From contig NZ_LR882967.1 of assembly GCF_904830925.1 (NCBI RefSeq), positions 3,426,106 to 3,490,105 of the forward strand: a DNA stretch of 64,000 nucleotides, given 5' to 3'. The translations under genes and the position numbers were made by a program. Under the pieces are notes generated by a model that saw only the letters and a program-made list of their open reading frames with translations, ran no database searches and had not been told where the DNA came from. This document shows, in pieces, positions 51,907 through 62,020 of this stretch; positions within the stretch are counted from its first letter, which is position 1, and each line of letters opens with the position of its first letter. This DNA is from Planktothrix pseudagardhii. GTDB taxonomy: Bacteria > Cyanobacteriota > Cyanobacteriia > Cyanobacteriales > Microcoleaceae.

Positions 51907-53058
51907 ACTGTGATTATAGCATTACCTTTGTTTTTAAGTTTACGTCCCCATTTAATAGATAACTGTCCTTCATTTAAAAGCTGATGTAATAAACACTCTA
52001 GCTCATCAACTGATTTAAAGAGTCGATGAGCTATATATTCTTTAGCTGAATGCCAGACTAATTCAATTAAATTATAATCTGGACTATATGCTGGAAGAAA
52101 TTCTAAATAGACATTCGGCATTTCTGCTTTAATTTTTTCTAGGTACTCTTCTTTTTTGTGAAAACTTGCATTGTCAAGAATAATCAGGATCTTAGCTCCT
52201 TTTTCTACAAATTCTTCTGCTTGATTTCCCGCTAATACCCATTCATAAATTAGCTCTTGATAAAAACTTTTTAACACTTGATAAAAATTATCTGCATTTC
52301 CTTTATCCAGAAATTCTACAAATCTTTTTTTATCCGAGTACCTCAATCCTCCCATCACATTAACTCTTCCTTTCCTCCTGTCTCCTCTAATCTGTTTCCT
52401 CTTCCCTTTTTTACACCAATTCTTTCTTTTTATCACTCTTAAATTAAATCCACTTTCATCCCAAAACCATACCTGTAATTGTTCTGGACTTTCTTTTGCT
52501 ATTTTCAAATATTCTTCTATTTTATCTTTAAATAATTTTCTTTTTTCTGGATCTCTTTTCTCTTCTAAGCTATACTTTGCCCACAAATAAACATACTTTT
52601 TTTCCTTTAATATCTTTCTCACTTGTGAACTACTTAATTTGATTCCTGTGATTTGTTCTAAATAAGTTGCCAATCTTTCTCCTGTCCATCTCCCAAATTC
52701 ATATCCTAATTCTTCCGGTTCTTTTTCTACTGTTTCTAATAATATCTCTATATATTTGTCTGTGGCTTTTCTATAATTTCCTTTCATTCTTTCATCTTTT
52801 AGGCTTTCTAATTTGTCAGGGTCTCCATGTACACACCAATAACATACTTTGTTTAATGAGCAGCCCAAAAACTTGGCAATTTCACTTTGCTTTTTACCAT
52901 CATTTAGCAATAATAAAATCAAGATTCTTTCTCGGATTTGTCCATTTTCTTCCTCTTTCAATCTTTTCTGTAGTTTCTCTACTTGCTTTTCATTTAAATG
53001 ATTTTTAGCAGGCATCTTTTGATTGATTTTTCTAAACTTGGTTTTTCATTATACCCTA
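51895..53058 (-). mobile_element. IS630-family insertion sequence. Boundaries approximate and IRs not resolved.
   Basis: Contains one Tc1/IS630-type transposase. Inserted exactly between the convergent MTase and putative nuclease genes. Confidence 0.5.
51903..53015 (-). CDS. IS630-family transposase (DDE_3).
   Basis: HTH N-terminus, then WFWDESGF, ILDNASFHK and LPAYSPDYNLIE (DDE triad context). 370 aa. Confidence 0.85.
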   Translation of the reverse strand: MPAKNHLNEKQVEKLQKRLKEEENGQIRERILILLLLNDGKKQSEIAKFLGCSLNKVCYWCVHGDPDKLESLKDERMKGNYRKATDKYIEILLETVEKEPEELGYEFGRWTGERLATYLEQITGIKLSSSQVRKILKEKKYVYLWAKYSLEEKRDPEKRKLFKDKIEEYLKIAKESPEQLQVWFWDESGFNLRVIKRKNWCKKGKRKQIRGDRRKGRVNVMGGLRYSDKKRFVEFLDKGNADNFYQVLKSFYQELIYEWVLAGNQAEEFVEKGAKILIILDNASFHKKEEYLEKIKAEMPNVYLEFLPAYSPDYNLIELVWHSAKEYIAHRLFKSVDELECLLHQLLNEGQLSIKWGRKLKNKGNAIITV

Positions 53059-53059
53059 T

Positions 53060-53575
53060 TTAGATGCTTAACAGCTTATGGTGTAAGCCTTTGTTCTCTT
53101 TAAATTCATCTTTATGAAAGAGTGCTAAAAACTTGGATGCTGCTTCTGATGATACAGTTTCCTCAGTTGATACAGTTTCCTGACTCGTTCCCTTTTTTTG
53201 TGATTTCGGTTTCTTAACAGTTTTATTAGTTTCCCCAGAACGTGCTAAGCGAAAAGGTACAAAATAGAGTTTATGAGTTGAATAGAAATCTATAGCAATT
53301 TCAGCTAAAAAGCTAGTAATTAAGAATTCATTCCATTGACCTCTACAATTATTCAGTGCACCTTGGGTTAGCTCGATTTCAGAACCTTTATAAGCTTCAT
53401 TATAAGCTGTTTTTACTTCTGCCTCTATCCAAGTGAGAATATCAATAACTGATTCATTTTTATCAATCTTATCTTTAATTTGTGGATATAGTGTTTGGTA
53501 AACCTCACTACCTTTAATTGTATATTTCGTATCCTTCTCTGTTTCTTGTTTTAAAAACCAATGTTCCTTACTCAT
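53060..53575 (-). CDS. Putative small restriction endonuclease (R gene of the C-protein-controlled R-M system).
   Basis: 171 aa. Its start overlaps the C-gene stop by 8 nt (ATGAGTAA). Possible PD-(D/E)xK-like SVIDILTWIEAEVK. The assignment rests mainly on context. Confidence 0.35.
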   Translation of the reverse strand: MSKEHWFLKQETEKDTKYTIKGSEVYQTLYPQIKDKIDKNESVIDILTWIEAEVKTAYNEAYKGSEIELTQGALNNCRGQWNEFLITSFLAEIAIDFYSTHKLYFVPFRLARSGETNKTVKKPKSQKKGTSQETVSTEETVSSEAASKFLALFHKDEFKENKGLHHKLLSI

Positions 53576-53867
53576 CCGTTTCCTTCTCTTCCTCTATACT
53601 ATATTTTGCAAACAAATCAGAGATAGAAATCCTCAAAGCTTGTGCTATCTTTTCAATATTTTCTAAAGAGGGGTTTCGCTGACCTCTCTCTATACTCGAA
53701 ATATAGGTGCGATGAAGTTCTGAGCGTTCTGCTAGATCTTCTTGAGATAGGTCTAACTCTCGGCGACGTCGCCTTATGGCTTTACCAAAGCGATATTTAA
53801 TATTTTGTTTTGAATTTATATTCACGTGAATATCATCAACTTTTGTAGGCAATAAGTCTACAGGCAA
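53568..53867 (-). CDS. XRE-family HTH controller (C) protein. The probable real start is the GTG at about 53825.
   Basis: IRRRRRELDLSQEDLAERSELHRTYISSIERGQRNPSLENIEKIAQAL helix-turn-helix. Size and position match C proteins of type II R-M systems. Confidence 0.7.
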   Translation of the reverse strand: MPVDLLPTKVDDIHVNINSKQNIKYRFGKAIRRRRRELDLSQEDLAERSELHRTYISSIERGQRNPSLENIEKIAQALRISISDLFAKYSIEEEKETDE

Positions 53868-53874
53868 TAAGTCT
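53847..53874 (-). promoter_or_regulatory. Tandem direct repeat AGGCAATAAGTCT x2 immediately upstream of the probable C-gene start (candidate operator).
   Basis: gtaggcaataagtctacaggcaataagtctca, about 20 bp upstream of the GTG at 53825. Confidence 0.3.
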
Positions 53875-54023
53875 CATTTTGAATACTATAAGTAACAAAA
53901 TTGTAAATTGATATGATAGAGTTGGGTTGAAGGGAAGAAAGCCTAATAGAATTGGATTTAATAAAGTAAGATGGAAAGAATTCAAGAAGCGATCGAGCTT
54001 TGCTTAGAATTTGATAACTAAGA

Positions 54024-54770
54024 TTACTCAACTTTAACTAAAAACTCATATTCAAACCCTTTATAATTAGAATCTAGTTGTAACGTATATTCTCCGGTTA
54101 AGGGAAGTTTATTAGAAAACACTTTTGTATCGGGTGTAATACCTAGATTATCTGTTAATAATTCACCATTGGGACTCATTACCATTGGGAATACAGATTT
54201 ATAATTTTCAATCGTTAAAGTTTGACCTGCGATCGCTGTAATTTTATAACTGTGACTTCCTCCCCCAATAATTTTTCCCTGAACTAAGGCTGCATTCCCA
54301 CCGGGTAAAAACTCAATATTTTTTTCCACTATCGAACAACTGCTCTCGGTGCGACTTTTTGCAATCCATCCACTCACAGGATTATTAATTTTAAACCATC
54401 CGTTTTTTTCTTCAATTACAAAAACAAAGGTATTATTATTCAATTGACCAACAATATTACCCTCTGTTACTTCCGGTGTTGAACGAACGTTCAACGGTGC
54501 ATCGGGATCTTTGACAACGGCTGTGCTAATTTTGCAACCCTCCACAGGGGGTTTAATAATAGCAATCGGAGGTGTTTCCGATGGTGGTGATGTGTTGGGA
54601 ACGGATGCAGGAACGGAGGTAATGGGGGGTTCAGAAGGTCGAGGAGGCTCGGTTTGAGGGGTTGGGGACGATTTCGATGAGGGAGACTGAACCGCCATCA
54701 CAGCAATTGTTACCCCAGCAATCACCCCGATTCCACCTGCTATGATTAATTGGCTAGGTTTAATGGACAT
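54024..54770 (-). CDS. Secreted SH3b-domain protein.
   Basis: N-terminal TM/signal, Pro-rich linker, and SH3_3-like PLNVRSTPEVTEGNIVGQL...NGWFKI...SGWIAKS. Confidence 0.6.
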   Translation of the reverse strand: MSIKPSQLIIAGGIGVIAGVTIAVMAVQSPSSKSSPTPQTEPPRPSEPPITSVPASVPNTSPPSETPPIAIIKPPVEGCKISTAVVKDPDAPLNVRSTPEVTEGNIVGQLNNNTFVFVIEEKNGWFKINNPVSGWIAKSRTESSCSIVEKNIEFLPGGNAALVQGKIIGGGSHSYKITAIAGQTLTIENYKSVFPMVMSPNGELLTDNLGITPDTKVFSNKLPLTGEYTLQLDSNYKGFEYEFLVKVE

Positions 54771-54909
54771 ATCGGTTAACCTCGTTTGTGGCGAATAGCG
54801 ATCGCATAACTCTTGAAAAACATCTTTGATAGAATAGCTAAAATTACGGATTTTAATGTGATTTTTGAGGATATCCCGATCAATTTCAGCTTCTAACAGA
54901 GAAAATCTT

Positions 54910-55929
54910 CTAGGGATTTAGATTGTATTTTTGCCCGGATAAACTCGACTGTCGGGCCGCCTCAGCCACTTTTAGACTATATAAACTGGCTTCTGGTGTT
55001 ACATAAAGGGGGGTTCCTTGGTAGAGACAATCTAAAACCATTTGGGTATCTTTAACAAATAATCCCCGACGAGAAGCAACTTCAAGGGTTTGAATGGTAT
55101 CGTTTTGAATCAGTTGGCCCTTTTCGGGGGTAAAAATTAATGTTCCCTGTTCTCCATAGAGGGTAAACGTATTTTCCGACTGCCAAAAAACCTCCCCTTT
55201 ACCATAAACCGATTCTCCCAGGATGCCATTATTAAAGGTTAACTGGGCATGACATAAACAAGCTTTGTACAGATCCGGTTCAATCTCCCAATATTGATTT
55301 TGACAGTTAACACTGGCTACGGTTCCAAATAAATCCGTAAACCGATGCAAACGGGACAAAGCTCCACTCAGGGGAAACCCAAATAAAGACGGTTGATATG
55401 TCCATTTCCGAGAGGCTGGATGTTGGGGGTTAAACGTGACATAGCGAACATAAAATACTTGACCAATAGCTGCTAGGGATGCTTTGATTGCGTTGTGCAG
55501 TCCCCCCAAAAGTTCAATATGTTCAACATGGAGGAGTTTATTTTTCTCTTGGGCGAGGGTAATTAAAGATTCTGCTTCCTGGGGATCTAAACTCAGGGGA
55601 TATTCGACAACGACGTGTTTACCGTGTTCTAAGGCGTGACGAGCAATCTGGCCATGATCTCGATTAATTGTACAAATCATGACTAAATCGATATCCGGTC
55701 GTTGGACTAAATCTGTCCAAGATGCCGATACTGTCACATCAAATTCTTGACTCAACGCAAGGGTTGAAGCGGAGGTATGACCCGAAATGGCCACAAGTTG
55801 CGATCGCTCATCGGCCTTTAAGGCTGTTGCTCGCATTTTTGCTGCATATCCTGTCCCAACAATACCCACTCCTAGGGGTTGAGAAACCTTACCCCAAGAT
55901 AAATCTAAAGATTGACTCATGATCACCAA
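54910..55929 (-). CDS. Gfo/Idh/MocA-family NAD(P)-dependent oxidoreductase.
   Basis: VGIVGTGYAAKMRATAL Rossmann N-terminus, plus ICTINRDHGQIARHALEHGKHVVVEYP. Confidence 0.8.
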   Translation of the reverse strand: MVIMSQSLDLSWGKVSQPLGVGIVGTGYAAKMRATALKADERSQLVAISGHTSASTLALSQEFDVTVSASWTDLVQRPDIDLVMICTINRDHGQIARHALEHGKHVVVEYPLSLDPQEAESLITLAQEKNKLLHVEHIELLGGLHNAIKASLAAIGQVFYVRYVTFNPQHPASRKWTYQPSLFGFPLSGALSRLHRFTDLFGTVASVNCQNQYWEIEPDLYKACLCHAQLTFNNGILGESVYGKGEVFWQSENTFTLYGEQGTLIFTPEKGQLIQNDTIQTLEVASRRGLFVKDTQMVLDCLYQGTPLYVTPEASLYSLKVAEAARQSSLSGQKYNLNP

Positions 55930-56039
55930 CTCCTGATCTCAAATATTCATCCGACTTAATACCCTACACCCACTTAACCAGCAACTAAAACCCCATCTGT
56001 CCCATTCTCCCCTGGTTTCTCTAATCTGCTCTTCTCCCT

Positions 56040-56548
<509 letters not shown>

Positions 56549-56744
56549 TCCTTGGGTTAGGGTTCAGAGTTTAAGGTTGACCCATCTGACTCAACATTAA
56601 GCTTTGATCTCCTAATGGGCAAACGACTTCAATGAATTGAAAGGCTGAAGTCAAGGTCTAGGGAAGAAAAATTGAGAGTTTGGACTGCCACTGACCTAAC
56701 TTCATGCCTTTCTCAGAGCCTTGATCTGAGATAATTCTAGGGTC

Positions 56745-57260
<516 letters not shown>

Positions 57261-57276
57261 TGATGAGTTTTTGATT

Positions 57277-57330
57277 CCAAGTTCAGCGTTATTGATATCT
57301 TTCAACGTTGAACTTGGAGTTTTTGTTATT
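57277..57330. terminator. Bidirectional rho-independent terminator between petF-2 and the SpoIID-like gene.
   Basis: 14-bp stem ccaagttcagcgtt/aacgttgaacttgg (one mismatch), 13-nt loop, then agtttttgttatt. Confidence 0.6.
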
Positions 57331-58963
57331 GTCCCAACTGCATCACAGTATTAAACGGTTGTAGTTGGGTTCCAGGGAAGTAAAAGTTTAAAATTTCCTC
57401 GCTTGACCATCCCAATTTAGCCAAGTGATAAGAACCCGTTTGACTCATACCCACCCCATGTCCATAACCACCCCCAACAAAGACGTAACCTTTCAAGGTT
57501 TTGTTGGGGTTGTAAACCGGATCAATATAAAATAACGTGCTAATCGGGGGTAAAAAAGCACTTTGGATTTCATCCTTAGAAATTTCCAAAACGCCTTGAT
57601 CTGTCGTTACCGTCATTTTCAAAACTCGTCCCGTTTGCGATCGCTCTACAATTTCAATTTTTTGAACTTTTTTAAAATTGGCATCAGGCAGATTGCGCCG
57701 TTTCAAGTAATACCGCAATTGTTCTGCAATGGATTCTAAAGTTGTTTCTTCTCGCCAGCGAAAATCATATTCTCCGGTTTCATTAAATCCCTTTTGCAAA
57801 TTCATAAACCGTCGAAAATTCGGTTCTGACGCTAAATTTTGTTGAGATAAATCCCAAATTTTATTCGGAGCATCAATAATTCCTTGTAAATAAGGTCGCG
57901 GTTCCCCATTCCAAATATCATTATAATTAGCAGTAACTCCCCCACTGGTGGAAAAATACACCGCATCCGTCAATTGATTGTTATAGGTTAAAACTAAACC
58001 ACTCGTAACATTAATCGCTTGATCCGTACTGGGATAAACTTCCGTTAACCCTTTATACACTTGACAGTCCGTATTAGCACAGAGATGATAATTATCCGCT
58101 TCAAATCGTCGCAGATTTCGTAACGCATAGGTTCGCGCTAAAACCGCTTGGGCTTCGATAGACGCCTCCGGGGGCCAAGCTCCAATTTCATGTGGCACGA
58201 CACCCCGTAAATAAGTCTCTAATGGCACGTTATTAACCAGGGTGTAGGTTCCGTAAGCATCGGGTTGCAGTTGTAAACTTCCCCCATAAACCAGAGGTTG
58301 GGGATCATTCGGTTTTTGACTCACTTGAATCACATTCTGGGGGGTTGTAATCTCCAGTTGATTACGGTTGTAACGATATCCTGCGGTTGTCCAATAGGGG
58401 GTACGTTTTTGGGTGAGAACTTGAGTTTCCAAACTAGGGATTTTATGACCTTGGGCTTGTAAACTATCGATTAACCAACGTCGCAGCAGGGGGGTATTAT
58501 AGACGCTACGTTTCGCCCAAACTTGCCAGCGATCCGGTTGAGCTAATTCTACTTCTAAACCGAGCGATCGCCATTTTTGAGCATCTTCTTCAGCATTTTC
58601 ATAGCTGCGGTGGGTACTCAAAACCACCCTTTCCTCAACTTTAGGTTCAGGGAGGGGTTCAACGCCGATTTTCAGGATCACCGTCTCCGTATGCAGTTCT
58701 TTGTCTCCTTGGGGCGTTTGAAACTCTAGGGTTAAGTGATCTCCCGGTTGTGCTTTGAGAATGAGTTGATCGGTGGGTTTTTTGCCAAAGTGTTGCACTA
58801 CACCGATTTTTAACGTTGGGTTGGTGTTTTGAGCTTGGGGGTCTGGGTCTTGGGCGAGGGTGGGAATGGGAGAAAAAACGAGTAAAGAAAAGAAAATTAA
58901 GCTGGAAACGGTAAATTTTGCTGACTGAGTGCTTGTCCGAGATAAAAGTTTTGAAGTTCTCAT
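57326..58963 (-). CDS. SpoIID/LytB-domain protein.
   Basis: Signal peptide plus C-terminal GGGYGHGVGMSQTGSYHLAKLGWS motif. Confidence 0.85.
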   Translation of the reverse strand: MRTSKLLSRTSTQSAKFTVSSLIFFSLLVFSPIPTLAQDPDPQAQNTNPTLKIGVVQHFGKKPTDQLILKAQPGDHLTLEFQTPQGDKELHTETVILKIGVEPLPEPKVEERVVLSTHRSYENAEEDAQKWRSLGLEVELAQPDRWQVWAKRSVYNTPLLRRWLIDSLQAQGHKIPSLETQVLTQKRTPYWTTAGYRYNRNQLEITTPQNVIQVSQKPNDPQPLVYGGSLQLQPDAYGTYTLVNNVPLETYLRGVVPHEIGAWPPEASIEAQAVLARTYALRNLRRFEADNYHLCANTDCQVYKGLTEVYPSTDQAINVTSGLVLTYNNQLTDAVYFSTSGGVTANYNDIWNGEPRPYLQGIIDAPNKIWDLSQQNLASEPNFRRFMNLQKGFNETGEYDFRWREETTLESIAEQLRYYLKRRNLPDANFKKVQKIEIVERSQTGRVLKMTVTTDQGVLEISKDEIQSAFLPPISTLFYIDPVYNPNKTLKGYVFVGGGYGHGVGMSQTGSYHLAKLGWSSEEILNFYFPGTQLQPFNTVMQLGQ

Positions 58964-59098
58964 TGATGTTGGGAAAATTAAAACAATCTGGTATTGAGTC
59001 TTGAGTCGTTCAAGTTGATGACTATGGTAGCAGGTCAGTTCGTTGTTCGGGGAAAGGATGAGGGTTGATTTAGGAATAAGCTGAGAATTGAGTCAGTT

Positions 59099-59932
59099 TT
59101 ATTCAAAGTTGAAATTTTTCCATTTACGATCAAGAGTTTTTACTTCAAAAAATAATTTTATACTGTCTCGTTCTTGTTGATTACAATCACTTCTCAGTCG
59201 CTCCATGAAAGGATTGCTTATCCTTGCGTTTGCCTCTTTAACCATTCTGTGCATTCGTTTTGCTAATTCATAAATAAAATTGTTCTTGAAAATTATATTT
59301 TTTCCTGCAAAATCATTTAACCTTTGTACTTTTTGTGCATCTGGCTTAGTGAGGGTTGCAGCAGTATGAACAATTGAATGTCTTAATTGCCAAAAACATT
59401 CTAAATCTTTTTTATCGTCATTTGAGAAAAAATCAGTTTGAAATCCGAATGATTTCATATATTTATTGACTATTTCAGGATTGTGCCAATCTTTTAACGT
59501 ATCAGCTAATATAATTCCTGTTGTAACTGCACTTTCTCCTCTATATCCAAGTAAATGAATTGACTTAATTTCTAATATTCCTTGTTTAAAACCTAAGTGA
59601 TTAAAAAAATGATCAGCCTTGAAATCTTGTAAATATATAGTTTTTTCAAAAATACCAGCAAATAAATACTTTTGATACGTTTCAAAGTGTCCCATTAAGA
59701 GTGCTAGTGTAGAATTTATAATATGCTGCGTTCTAATGTTGCTCTCCCGAGTCAAATTCGCAGGATTGTTATAGTTATTGGGGAAGTTGTTTTTACAATA
59801 TTCAATAGAGTCTTTTGCACTGACACAGAACTTCAGAAATGCGCTTGCAGGGCAATTAATATATTCATCATGTGTTGGATGACCTTCAACTGTATCAGAA
59901 TTTGGGAATAAATAATTTTCTACTTCAAACAT
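59099..59932 (-). CDS. Hypothetical protein with an Rx4H HEPN-like motif (candidate Abi/HEPN RNase).
   Basis: WQLRHSIVHTAATL matches the Rx4-6H HEPN motif. AT-rich gene adjacent to a TA pair. Confidence 0.3.
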   Translation of the reverse strand: MFEVENYLFPNSDTVEGHPTHDEYINCPASAFLKFCVSAKDSIEYCKNNFPNNYNNPANLTRESNIRTQHIINSTLALLMGHFETYQKYLFAGIFEKTIYLQDFKADHFFNHLGFKQGILEIKSIHLLGYRGESAVTTGIILADTLKDWHNPEIVNKYMKSFGFQTDFFSNDDKKDLECFWQLRHSIVHTAATLTKPDAQKVQRLNDFAGKNIIFKNNFIYELAKRMHRMVKEANARISNPFMERLRSDCNQQERDSIKLFFEVKTLDRKWKNFNFE

Positions 59933-60082
59933 ACTATATCTCTTGTGTCTGGGTATATAGATTTATTATATTACAGCTTATAGACTGAATCATTATTAAG
60001 TCTCAATCATGTCAATCTTGACAAGACAATGTAATTGCATTACCTTAGAAATACAGTTTAATCCATCGGTTTAGAGGTCGCT

Positions 60083-60415
60083 ATGACTGTAAAACCCGCC
60101 CCATGCTCAGAATCTACTCTCACAGATCGTTATCAGACTACAATTCCTGAGCCGATTCGCAAAGCTCTGGGCTTGAATAAACGTGATAAAATTTGCTACA
60201 CCCTCCAGTCTGACGGTCAAGTCGTCATTTCTCGTACTGACACAACAGAAAATGATCCAATACTTGGAGAATTTCTGAATTTTCTAGCACAAGATATTAA
60301 AAACAATCCTCAGCACTTAGAAACACTTAGCTCTGATTTAGTCAACCGTGTTCAGTCGTTGGTTTCTGATGTTGATCTGGATCTGGATGCACCACTTTTG
60401 GATGAGGATGAGTAA
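60083..60415 (+). CDS. prlF: PrlF-family antitoxin (AbrB/SpoVT fold).
   Basis: TLTDRYQTTIPEPIRKALGLNKRDKICY...DGQVVISR swapped-hairpin motif. Acidic tail. Stops 3 nt before yhaV. Confidence 0.7.
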   Translation: MTVKPAPCSESTLTDRYQTTIPEPIRKALGLNKRDKICYTLQSDGQVVISRTDTTENDPILGEFLNFLAQDIKNNPQHLETLSSDLVNRVQSLVSDVDLDLDAPLLDEDE

Positions 60416-60417
60416 GT

Positions 60418-60915
60418 GTGTTTGTCAATCAACCGCTTGTCATTAATGGGTGGAATCTATTTGCTCATCCTCTATTTCTTAACCAGTTTGAAGAACTTCT
60501 GACCCAGGTTGAACAGTTGCGCCAGAAGTATCCTCAAGACTACAAAAAGAAAAATGCTACAAAGCGTCTAGCTGCGATCGCAAAGTTAGCATTTGATACT
60601 ATTCCTCAAGATCCAACCCGTAGCGAGTATCGTCAAGGGAGTACCCTTGGAGATGATTACAAACACTGGTTTAGAGCAAAATTTTTTCAACAATATCGGT
60701 TGTTCTTTCGATTTCATCAAGAAAGCAAAATAATTGTCTACGCTTGGGTTAACGATGAAAACTCTAAACGAGCTTACGATAGTAATACAGACGCTTATCG
60801 AGTTTTTAAGAAAATGCTTGACAGTGGCTATCCTCCTGATAATTGGGATGATTTACTCAAAGAGGCAACTAGCGAAACGAATCGTTTGGAGAAAGCAGCT
60901 AACATAGAGATTTAG
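60418..60915 (+). CDS. yhaV: YhaV-family toxin (ribosome-dependent RNase).
   Basis: KHWFRAKFFQQYRLFFRFHQESKIIVYAWVNDENSKRAYDSNTDAYRVFKKML matches the YhaV core. Confidence 0.8.
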   Translation: MFVNQPLVINGWNLFAHPLFLNQFEELLTQVEQLRQKYPQDYKKKNATKRLAAIAKLAFDTIPQDPTRSEYRQGSTLGDDYKHWFRAKFFQQYRLFFRFHQESKIIVYAWVNDENSKRAYDSNTDAYRVFKKMLDSGYPPDNWDDLLKEATSETNRLEKAANIEI

Positions 60916-60960
60916 TAAGGTGGAAATATAAAGGCAAATATGGATTAAAAATCTGATGCT

Positions 60961-61208
60961 GAACCTCTTTAGAAATATTAATGCCATTATCAGCAATCGC
61001 AATTTCCAACCAATGGTTTAAAGCGGTGGTAGCTCTCAGAAAGAAATTGATTTCTTTTGGAAAATTATTCATTGCTAACCCTGATTTACCTGAACGTTTG
61101 GCAACAGATGCTGCTTTTAATACTCCTGATTTTGCAACGTTTTACGGCAAAGGAGATCAGAATTTAGAGAAAGGTTACACCGATTATCTATTTTTAACGG
61201 CGAGTTAG
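60961..61208 (+). pseudogene. C-terminal remnant of an Old Yellow Enzyme (NADH:flavin oxidoreductase/NemA-like) gene.
   Basis: ...ISFGKLFIANPDLPERLATDAAFNTPDFATFYGKGDQNLEKGYTDYLFL is the conserved OYE C-terminus. The frame is closed by a TGA at 60960, and about 280 aa of N-terminal sequence are absent. Confidence 0.65.
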
Positions 61209-61298
61209 CAAGGGTAATTATAAGACCAATTCTGTTAAAATCTGGCTATCCTTGACCTTTCAAGATCAAAGATACCGGATCAAATTAATATTTGGGAA

Positions 61299-61889
61299 TT
61301 AACGATTACTTCTAGGGGTTTGTTGTTGCCATCCTATCCATCGAGGATAACCCTTTGCATCCCGTAATTGTAAGGTTTGATTTCCTTTTTTAATTTCTCC
61401 GACCATTAAAGTTTGTTGTCCTCCCCAATTCACTCGCGTTCCTGTCACTTCTAAAACATCATTGGGTTTAATTTGAAAGTTTTGTTGTTCTAAATACCAC
61501 ACTGGCCCAACATGAATTCCGAGGGTTTCTGTATTAGTTTTAATGAGTAAATACATCCCGTGAGGCATTCGATTTCCACGATTTCCGCCTTGTATTTCAA
61601 TTACGGTTCCTTGAATTGTTTCTACACGACTTGGATCATACATTGAACGGGAATATTGACCTTTTCCCCCGGAAGAATTTCCCCACCAACCTTGACCCAT
61701 CATGGGATGATTTTGCCCAATCAGTTCGCGACAGGGGGGATCAACATCATTGTCCTCTGTAAGATTTTGCTGGGAAGAATTGAAGTTCGGCTGTGCAAAT
61801 AAAGGATGGGAATAACCCAGAAAAATCAACGCAATACCTGTGGCGATCGCAAATCCTTTAATCTGAGTATAAGATCGGTTAATTTTCAT
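61299..61889 (-). CDS. Secreted Met/His-rich protein, possibly metal-binding. Downstream of the two-component system in the same orientation.
   Basis: Signal peptide, then HPMMGQGWWG and NRMPHGMY motifs and a beta-rich C-terminal domain. Confidence 0.4.
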   Translation of the reverse strand: MKINRSYTQIKGFAIATGIALIFLGYSHPLFAQPNFNSSQQNLTEDNDVDPPCRELIGQNHPMMGQGWWGNSSGGKGQYSRSMYDPSRVETIQGTVIEIQGGNRGNRMPHGMYLLIKTNTETLGIHVGPVWYLEQQNFQIKPNDVLEVTGTRVNWGGQQTLMVGEIKKGNQTLQLRDAKGYPRWIGWQQQTPRSNR

Positions 61890-62020
61890 AGTCTATTTCC
61901 TCTGATTAATTTAAGACTTCTATTAATAGTTCTAGTATAAAGTCTCCAGTAACTAGAAAGTCTAGTCAAGTTTGGAAAACTTTAGAAAAAATAGCAAATG
62001 TTTATAATCTAACCGGAAAA

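Noticed and set aside
52667-53008. 113-aa ORF on the plus strand.
   Set aside because: It is antisense to the IS630 transposase. Its hydrophobic low-complexity product is typical of an AT-rich antisense frame.
60981-61208. 75-aa ORF called as an intact small gene.
   Set aside because: Its sequence is the conserved C-terminus of a roughly 360-aa OYE flavoenzyme, and the frame is closed by a stop 20 nt upstream of the ATG. It is better explained as a gene remnant (listed as a pseudogene).
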